DNA from: an uncultured Gammaproteobacteria bacterium
GTDB lineage: Bacteria; Patescibacteriota; Patescibacteriia; UBA2591; JBAYNP01
NCBI GenBank assembly: GCA_964547305.1
Contig: CAZJMI010000001.1
Coordinates: forward strand, 1 to 36,220
DNA length: 36,220 nt
Direction of reading: 5' to 3'
Within the stretch, counting starts at the first letter, position 1, and the number at the start of each line of letters is the position of its first letter. Shown here piece by piece: positions 8,861 to 15,074 of this stretch. The notes beneath the pieces were generated by a model that did no database searches, had not been told where the DNA came from, and saw only the letters and a program-made list of their open reading frames with translations. The position numbers and the translations under genes are program-made.

Positions 8861-9388
8861 ATGAAACGAAAAGAAAACAATTACGCCTTTATAGATAGTC
8901 AAAATCTGAATTTAAGCATTCAATCTTTAGGCTGGAAGCTAAATTTTAAAAGATTTCGAGTTTATTTAAGAGAAAAATATTTAGTTGAAAAGGCCTATAT
9001 TTTTATAGGATATATTGAGGGCAATAATGATTTATACACTAGCTTGCAAGAGGCTGGTTTTATCTGTATATTTAGGCCGACATTAAAATACAAAGACGGA
9101 ACAATAAAAGGTAATTGTGACGCGGAATTAGTTTTACAGGCCATGATTGATTATAATGATTATGATAAGGCCGTTTTAGTGACAGGAGACGGGGATTTTC
9201 ATTGTTTAGCTAAATATTTAATTGATAATAATAAGTTCAAGGCCCTGATTATTCCTAATGGGTTTAAATTTTCCGCCTTGTTAAAAATGAAAATTTTTCG
9301 AACATTTTTGCGTTATCTCAACGGTTTAAAAAATAGATTGGAGTATAAAAAAGAAAAGGCCCCAGAAGGACGAAACCTTAAGGGGTAA
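8861..9388 (+). CDS. NYN-domain (LabA/DUF88-like, PIN-related) putative RNase
   Basis: NYAFIDSQNL at the N-terminus, then NCDAELVLQAM and VLVTGDGDFHCL, are the conserved acidic motifs of NYN domains. The gene is visibly more AT-rich than its flanks. Confidence 0.7.
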   Translation: MKRKENNYAFIDSQNLNLSIQSLGWKLNFKRFRVYLREKYLVEKAYIFIGYIEGNNDLYTSLQEAGFICIFRPTLKYKDGTIKGNCDAELVLQAMIDYNDYDKAVLVTGDGDFHCLAKYLIDNNKFKALIIPNGFKFSALLKMKIFRTFLRYLNGLKNRLEYKKEKAPEGRNLKG

Positions 9389-9538
9389 TCTTTTCCGTTG
9401 GTGATACTTTAATAGTATAGCAAACTATAAAATGGTGTCAAGGCTGGTAAGATTGTGTGGGCACGGCTTAGCAAAAAAGAGAAGGAGTGGAGGGGGTAAA
9501 GTTGGGCGGTGGCTATGTATAAATCTTTTACATTGTTG

Positions 9539-9567
9539 TTGACAATAATTTTTGCATAGCGTAAAAT
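9539..9567 (+). promoter_or_regulatory. Near-consensus sigma70 promoter (TTGACA - 17 nt - TAAAAT)
   Basis: TTGACA at 9539-9544, the 17-nt spacer ATAATTTTTGCATAGCG, and TAAAAT at 9562-9567. It lies directly upstream of the 9576 start, giving a very short leader. Confidence 0.55.
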
Positions 9568-9575
9568 AGGGGTAT

Positions 9576-10343
9576 ATGCTTTCAAATTTTATCCGACAAC
9601 AACGCATCAAACGCCAAATAACTCAAGCAGAGCTGGCGGGGGAGCTGGGCATTTCCCGTCCCACCTATTTGCAGATTGAGCGTGGCGAAAGGGAGCTCAC
9701 TATATCCGAAGCCAAAAAGCTGGCGGCGGTTTTTGGTTTGTCGCTGGAAGATTTTTTGGAGGCGCGGGAAGCAAAAAGCGAGGTGACTTTGGCGAAACCA
9801 GTGACCAAAAAACCGGAGACCTTACAAATTCGCGTCACACGGAAAAATATAGATAAATTCAAGCAAGTTTTGCTGTATGTGTTGAATAAAGTCGGCGGTA
9901 AACCCAATGTCGGCGAGACAGTTTTGCAAAAGTTATTGTATTTCATTGATTTTGATTACTACGAAAAGTTTGAGGAAAGTTTAATGGGGGCGACTTATAT
10001 CAAAAATCATCATGGACCCACTTCCATCGAGCTGGGGGCGATAGTCAAAGAAATGCAGAAAGATGGCGAATTGGAGGTCGTAAAGAGTCAGTACTTCAAA
10101 TATCAGCAAAAGAAATATCTGGCACGAAAACGCCCCAATCTGGAAATACTCTCGGCGCGTGAGATAGAACATATTGACGATGTCTTGGCGCGGCTGGCGG
10201 ATAAAAATGCCGGTGAAATAGAAAAATATTCGCACGAAGATATTCCTTGGAAATCCGCGCAAGATGGCCAGCAACTTTCTTATGAAAGTGTTTTTTATCG
10301 CGACGAAAGGTATTCGGTAAGAAATTATGATGATGAACTTTAA
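9576..10343 (+). CDS. XRE-family HTH fused to a DUF4065 (Panacea / SocA-GepA-like) domain; putative antitoxin
   Basis: The N-terminus ITQAELAGELGISRPTYLQIERGERELTISEAKKLAAVFG is a Cro/C1 HTH. The C-terminus KFKQVLLYVLNKVGGKPNVGETVLQKLLYFIDFDYYEKF...YIKNHHGPTS matches the DUF4065 pattern. Confidence 0.7.
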   Translation: MLSNFIRQQRIKRQITQAELAGELGISRPTYLQIERGERELTISEAKKLAAVFGLSLEDFLEAREAKSEVTLAKPVTKKPETLQIRVTRKNIDKFKQVLLYVLNKVGGKPNVGETVLQKLLYFIDFDYYEKFEESLMGATYIKNHHGPTSIELGAIVKEMQKDGELEVVKSQYFKYQQKKYLARKRPNLEILSAREIEHIDDVLARLADKNAGEIEKYSHEDIPWKSAQDGQQLSYESVFYRDERYSVRNYDDEL

Positions 10344-10674
10344 TGAACTGCCAGAATTTCAGAAAGAATTCAAGCAACTGGGCAAAAAATACAGGTCATT
10401 GCCAAACGATTTGCGAGAGTTTCGCAAGGTAGTCGCCGTCATTCCGCTCGGCAACAGCAAGCATTTTAATATTATCGCTCAAACGGAGACAATTTGCGTG
10501 TTAAAAGTTAGATTATTTTGCAAATGTTTGAAAGGTAGCTCCTTGCGCATTATCTGCGCGTATTGTGAACGAGAACGGCGTATTGAATTTATGGAAGTGT
10601 ATTTTAAAGGCAACAAGCCGAATGAAAATAGCGCGCGGGTGAGGGGGCATTTGAAGTCCTTATCAGTAAAATAG
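10327..10674 (+). CDS. Putative RelE/ParE-superfamily (HigB/Gp49-like) toxin
   Basis: It overlaps the upstream gene by 17 nt (ATGATGATG within ...YDDEL*), which suggests translational coupling. FQKEFKQLGKKYRSLPNDLREF at the N-terminus and SSLRIICAYCERERRIEFMEVYFKGNKPNE at the C-terminus fit the RelE/ParE-like layout. The assignment is by pattern only. Confidence 0.5.
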   Translation: MMMNFNELPEFQKEFKQLGKKYRSLPNDLREFRKVVAVIPLGNSKHFNIIAQTETICVLKVRLFCKCLKGSSLRIICAYCERERRIEFMEVYFKGNKPNENSARVRGHLKSLSVK

Positions 10675-10756
10675 GGAGGAGGGAAGGGTAAAAAGTGTTC
10701 ATCTGACAGGCATTGAATGATCGCCATTGCTCAATTGGTCGCAAATTGGTAAGATA

Positions 10757-13312
10757 ATGGCAAGTGAGTTTAATTTAGCTTATAGTAAAACCATGGAAAA
10801 AACACCCAATTTTCATAAAATTTCCGAAGAGAGAAAAGAATTACGGCGGACTATTAGTACGGAACTTGATATTGATGTTAACAAGGCGAGAAAAGATGGG
10901 CTAGACAAGGTGGATGACCCTATGTTTCAAAAGCATTATAAAGATGAATTCGCGGATAAAGACGCGCAAGCAAAGGGTTTTAAAATTCCCAGAGTTCATG
11001 ATGAGAGTAAAAGAAAAACAGCCAAAGTCAAAGATAGTAAAGGTGTTGAAACTGATGTTGAAGTTGAAGTTAAGGATTGGACGGCGGCAAAAAATATGCT
11101 CAAAGAGCAAAGGGCGGACTATGGAAAAGAATTAGCTAAATCAGAAATTGACCGCGAAGTGATTTTTGAAGAAAATCCGGAATTAAAGGAAGTGCTGGAA
11201 ACAATAGACCAAATAGCCGATTTAAAAAATTTCCGTATGCGACGCATGTTGGAAATTTTAAATAGGGGAATTTCACCAGCGACCAAAAAACGCAATACGG
11301 CGATATTGGAAACTATCAAACAAGAAATTAGCGAGCATACAAATGAATTAGGGCAAGCGGATTTGAATATCTTACGGCAAGCCGAACTGGTAAAATATAA
11401 AGAAAATTTAGGTCAAAGCGGGCATATTTGTATTACACCGTCAGTGGAAAGGGATTTAGACGCGGTGGGCAATAGAATTATTACCGGCAAGCCGATATTT
11501 TTACACGGACCGACCGGTACCGGCAAGACCTCTTTGGCTAGATTCGCGGCGGAGCATTTTACTGGCAAAAATTCAGAAATGGTTTTTTGTAATCCGCAAA
11601 CCAAAGAATCAAATGTGTGGGGCAAAACCGGCATTAAGCCGACTAAAGGCGGAGCCATAGAAACAGTTGAAATATATGGGCCGTTGGCGAAGGCCATGGC
11701 GGAAGGTAAGACGGTTATTTTTGATGAGTTTACCGCCTTGCCAAAAGAGCAGATGGTTTTTATTAAGGGAATTTTTAACGCCAAAATCGGCGATAGCATT
11801 AATATAGTTGGTAATGGCATTGTGAATATTAAGCCGGGCTTCCAGATGATTTTTACTTCCAATTTAAAATCAGGGAAAAACCCTGAAAGGCAGGATTTGC
11901 CCCCGGAAATCGCGCGTGAGTTTGAACAAAATAATTTAGAAATAGAATATACGCCGATAGAAGAGGCCTACGATATTATGCTGACACGGCTGGCAAGTGA
12001 AGATGGCGCAATTGATATGTCTTACTATGATTTAAAGACTACTCTGCCGAATTTGTGCAAAGCGATGGCTAACATTCAGGGGGCATATACTAATGAAACT
12101 GATAATGACCTAGCTAAAACGATTGGAGCCATAGATGTTTCTGGCAAGGCACCCGCGCTGAAAAAATTTGTTTTAACTCAAGGCACGGTAGAAAATATTT
12201 TATCAGCATGGCTAATAAGAAAAAAAATTGGTGAAAATGATATGACATTTGCTGAATTTTTAGACGATAGATTGAAAATCGCGTTGACTTTTAAAGAATA
12301 CCCTAAAGAAGATCGTATTTTAGCCGCTAAAATTTTGGCCGCGCGAGGTTTTCTAACTACCCTAGATGTCCAAGACATGGGCTTGTCAAACGACATCCTG
12401 GCTTTTGACACGGCTAGAGCATTGCGAGGCGAAGAAGCAGTTGAGGGGTTGAGGGAAAAATCGGGGGCGGTCAAACATTTAACCCTAAAACAAGTGGCCG
12501 AACTGGACCCGTTTCAAAAAAGAGCAGAGCGGTTGGGCGATATAGCAGACGCACTGTTGGAGCCCGAAGCAGGAGAAGAAAAAACCGACCCCGAATTAAA
12601 TGATATTCTTAAAAAAAGAAAAAAAATCGCTGGCGAAAAAGGAATAACCAAAAATCCAGAAATTCGTACTATCTACGAGGGAAAGGATATCGCTATCAAT
12701 ATAGAAACCAAAATTCAAGAATATCTTGATTTCTATCAGAAAAGCGGCGTTGCCGTGGATGCCGATTTTGAAAATACTATAAGGGGTATCTGGGCAAGGG
12801 ATATTGATAAAATTCAAGCAGAAATTGAAAAATATGGCTTTGACGAAGTGCTACTCATCCCATCCATCACCGACCTGGCCGACTTGGCGGAAAAGATGAA
12901 AACTACTACCAACGACCACTGGTTGAGTGATAATTTCAAGGATGGCGAGGGCTGGGCGGGAGCCAAAAGCCAGCATGCCAATCTACCACGGATAGTATTG
13001 GTACATAAAAATGGCGCGCGAAACATATCTGACCATCCCGAGTTGGCCAAGACCAAGAATATTTTAGGCAGTGATGTTAATTTAGCCGCAACCCTGTCTT
13101 TGGAAGAATATCTTATCTTCCAGAAAAAATACTTTGAAGATACAGGCGAACATCTAGATTCTAAAAATAGCTGGACTTGGTTGGCCACCAAATCGGGCGT
13201 TTGTCTCGTCTGCGCTTCTTGGGCTTCTGACCGGCTCCGTGTGGATGCCTGTGGCCTTGACGCTCAGAGTGCCGATTTGGGCGCTCGCCCCTCCCGCAGT
13301 TTCTCATTGTAG
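10757..13312 (+). CDS. DGR target 1: AAA+ (AAA_5/MoxR-like) ATPase with a C-terminal hypervariable lectin-like module carrying VR1
   Basis: The track ORF starts at TTG 10727; the first ATG is 10757 (MASEFNL). Walker A is FLHGPTGTGKTSLAR, Walker B is TVIFDEF, and FQMIFTSN is sensor-1-like. The last ~200 aa are paralogous to the C-terminus of 17236-18285. The final 101 coding nt before ...RSFSL* form VR1. Confidence 0.85.
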   Translation: MASEFNLAYSKTMEKTPNFHKISEERKELRRTISTELDIDVNKARKDGLDKVDDPMFQKHYKDEFADKDAQAKGFKIPRVHDESKRKTAKVKDSKGVETDVEVEVKDWTAAKNMLKEQRADYGKELAKSEIDREVIFEENPELKEVLETIDQIADLKNFRMRRMLEILNRGISPATKKRNTAILETIKQEISEHTNELGQADLNILRQAELVKYKENLGQSGHICITPSVERDLDAVGNRIITGKPIFLHGPTGTGKTSLARFAAEHFTGKNSEMVFCNPQTKESNVWGKTGIKPTKGGAIETVEIYGPLAKAMAEGKTVIFDEFTALPKEQMVFIKGIFNAKIGDSINIVGNGIVNIKPGFQMIFTSNLKSGKNPERQDLPPEIAREFEQNNLEIEYTPIEEAYDIMLTRLASEDGAIDMSYYDLKTTLPNLCKAMANIQGAYTNETDNDLAKTIGAIDVSGKAPALKKFVLTQGTVENILSAWLIRKKIGENDMTFAEFLDDRLKIALTFKEYPKEDRILAAKILAARGFLTTLDVQDMGLSNDILAFDTARALRGEEAVEGLREKSGAVKHLTLKQVAELDPFQKRAERLGDIADALLEPEAGEEKTDPELNDILKKRKKIAGEKGITKNPEIRTIYEGKDIAINIETKIQEYLDFYQKSGVAVDADFENTIRGIWARDIDKIQAEIEKYGFDEVLLIPSITDLADLAEKMKTTTNDHWLSDNFKDGEGWAGAKSQHANLPRIVLVHKNGARNISDHPELAKTKNILGSDVNLAATLSLEEYLIFQKKYFEDTGEHLDSKNSWTWLATKSGVCLVCASWASDRLRVDACGLDAQSADLGARPSRSFSL

Positions 13313-13347
13313 GGTAGCTTGTAGCTTGAGTACTTTTAACTTCTTGT
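12812..13347 (+). repeat. Paralogous segment A (target-gene 3' module plus about 50 nt beyond the stop); partner is 17779-18320
   Basis: The DNA is mostly identical in blocks. One example is CAGAAATTGAAAAATATGG.TTTGACGAAGT...CGACTTGGCGGAAAAGATGAAAACTAC. The 34-nt block GTAGCTTGTAGCTTGAGTACTTTTAACTTCTTGT is identical at 13314-13347 and 18287-18320. A diverged middle section separates the blocks. Confidence 0.8.
13194..13294 (+). repeat. DGR variable repeat 1 (VR1)
   Basis: It aligns without gaps to the TR over 101 nt. There are 20 differences: 18 at TR adenines and 2 elsewhere. It ends in the shared block TTGGGCGCTCGCCCCTCC. Confidence 0.9.
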
Positions 13348-13596
13348 TCTTTTTTACTTTTTTATTTTTTGCCCCCGTTTCGGCTAGTATAACCACAAAT
13401 AAACGATTGATTGGTTTGCCGAAGCACTCAAACAAATAAAGACCGGCGGCTGGCGCATATTCTTTTTGCGCGCTGGGTAGTTTGTTTGGTGGTGTGTTAT
13501 AAACAAGGAACTGCAGTTTTGTATTGGGAAATGACACCTGATAAATGGAGTATGGTTTCCTCGCTTGGAGCGGATAATACAAGACCAAAAGAGGGG

Positions 13597-13697
13597 CGGG
13601 CGTTCGTCTCGTCAACGCTAATTGGAATTCTGACAAGCTCAATGTGAATGCCAATGACCTTGACTATCAGAATGACAATTTGGGCGCTCGCCCCTCC
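13597..13697 (+). repeat. DGR template repeat (TR)
   Basis: An intergenic 101-mer collinear with VR1 and VR2. It contains 24 adenines and eight AAY codons in the VR frame (..N A N W N S D K L N V N A N D L D Y Q N D N L G A R P S). Its 3' flank diverges from the VR flanks (IMH*-like). Confidence 0.9.
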
Positions 13698-13712
13698 AGC
13701 CGTTCTGTGGCT

Positions 13713-14051
13713 CTAGTTCATGTTCCTGGTGTATTTTATCCAGCCCTGTGTCATTTTGCCGATTTCTTGCAGGGCGGCTTCTTGTTCAAGATAGCTTTTG
13801 GTGTCAATTATTTTACAATTTAGAGTTATCCTAAATAATATTTTTAGCAATTCTATTTTGCAATTAGCCTTGAGTAATATTTTTTCCTTTTCGTATTTTG
13901 AGGCGCAAGCCGCGAGAATAAAAAGCTCTACGCTGTCTAAAATCGCGTTTTCTGTTTTTTCTCCAAGTGAATATCTTTCATGTTTAGGAAATTTGAATAT
14001 AATTTTGTGAGTGGTTTCATAAAGACGGAACAATTTAACCGTTATGGGCAT
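13713..14051 (-). CDS. avd: Avd-like accessory protein (four-helix-bundle / 23S rRNA IVS protein family)
   Basis: The track ORF is 13713-14087. An internal ATG at 14051 gives MPITVKLFRLYETTHKIIFKFPKHERYSLGEKTENAILDSVELFILAA..., the typical N-terminus of four-helix-bundle (Avd/IVS) proteins. Size (about 112 aa) and its position next to the TR and RT also fit. It is AT-rich. Confidence 0.75.
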   Translation of the reverse strand: MPITVKLFRLYETTHKIIFKFPKHERYSLGEKTENAILDSVELFILAACASKYEKEKILLKANCKIELLKILFRITLNCKIIDTKSYLEQEAALQEIGKMTQGWIKYTRNMN

Positions 14052-14072
14052 TTCTAAATTGGAAAAATTAGT

Positions 14073-15065
14073 ATGATTATTATCCATAAAAATTATGATG
14101 AATTATTTAGTGTTGAGAATATTTTAATTGCGTGGCAAAGATTTAGGCGGGGAAAGTCCAACAAAAAAGATGTGATAAATTTTGAAGCGCATTTAGAGGA
14201 TAATCTGTTTAGTTTGTCTGGCGATTTGCGAAGCCATATTTATAGGCATTCAGCTTATGGTTATTTTCAGATTTTTGATAATAAAGAGCGGGATATTTAC
14301 AAGGCACAAGTCCGAGATAGAATAATCCACCAAATTATTTATGATCATTTGTCGGAGATATTTGAGCTGGAGTTTATAGCCGATTCATATGCTTCAAGAA
14401 TAGGTAAAGGGCAATATAGTGCGATAAACGCGTTGAAGTATTTTGTTAAATTGATTAGCGGGAAAAATCGGCGGCAATGTTTTATTTTAAAATGTGATGT
14501 TAAAAAATATTTTGATAATATAGATCAAGTAATTTTGCTTAATTTAATAAAAACAAAAAATATTGATGGTGAAGTATTAAAAATTATTATGGAAGTGATA
14601 TACAGCTTCCTATCAAATGTGGGAATGGGCAAAGGCATTCCGTTGGGTAATATTACCAGTCAAATTTTTGCGAATATTTATTTAAATGTATTAGACCAAT
14701 ATGTTAAGAATGAATTGAAATGCCGGTTTTATATAAGATATAACGACGATTTTGTAATAATTACGGACAATAACAAAAAACTGAAAGAAATCAGAGAAAA
14801 GATTATTATTTTTGTCCAGAATAAACTGCTTTTAGAAATACCATTAGCCAAGACTAGCATTAGAAAAATTAGTTGGGGCGTTGATTTTTTGGGTTTTAAT
14901 GTGCTGAAGGGGGCAGTTTTGTTGCGGGACAAAACCAAGCAAAAAATATACTCAAAATTAAGCGAAAAAAATATAAATTCCTATCTTAGTATTTTAAAAC
15001 ACTGCAATTCGTATAATTTGACGAAAAAAGTTTTGGCTATGGCAACGCCCCGCGAAATTTGCTAG
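14073..15065 (+). CDS. DGR-type reverse transcriptase
   Basis: RT motifs: DRIIHQIIYD; CDVKKYFDNID; GIPLGNITSQIFANIYLNVLD (the DGR-typical xGNxTSQ motif); RYNDDFVIIT (YxDD catalytic box); GVDFLGFNV. About 330 aa with no maturase/endonuclease extension. It is adjacent to the TR. Confidence 0.9.
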   Translation: MIIIHKNYDELFSVENILIAWQRFRRGKSNKKDVINFEAHLEDNLFSLSGDLRSHIYRHSAYGYFQIFDNKERDIYKAQVRDRIIHQIIYDHLSEIFELEFIADSYASRIGKGQYSAINALKYFVKLISGKNRRQCFILKCDVKKYFDNIDQVILLNLIKTKNIDGEVLKIIMEVIYSFLSNVGMGKGIPLGNITSQIFANIYLNVLDQYVKNELKCRFYIRYNDDFVIITDNNKKLKEIREKIIIFVQNKLLLEIPLAKTSIRKISWGVDFLGFNVLKGAVLLRDKTKQKIYSKLSEKNINSYLSILKHCNSYNLTKKVLAMATPREIC

Positions 15066-15074
15066 TATAGATAT

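Noticed and set aside
13277-13294. The GGGCG-ct-CGCCC inverted repeat at the VR/TR 3' ends as a terminator
   Set aside because: It lies inside coding sequence in both VRs and has no T tract. It is more plausibly part of the IMH-like GC-rich element.
13304-13654. ORFs overlapping the TR region (13304-13654 minus, 13411-13647 plus, 13239-13439 plus)
   Set aside because: They have no SD, odd composition and no recognisable motifs. The region is better explained as the non-coding TR plus a degenerate remnant of a target-gene 3' end: ATAAATGG..TGGTT upstream of the TR echoes the NKWVWL-coding sequence of VR2, but in a shifted frame.
14073-15065. The reverse transcriptase could be a group II intron, retron or Abi-type RT
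   Set aside because: A TR/VR system with adenine-specific mismatches lies next to it. The RT has the DGR-typical xGNxTSQ motif. It has no maturase/endonuclease extension, no intron-like flanking RNA domains that I could see, and no msr/msd-like inverted repeats.
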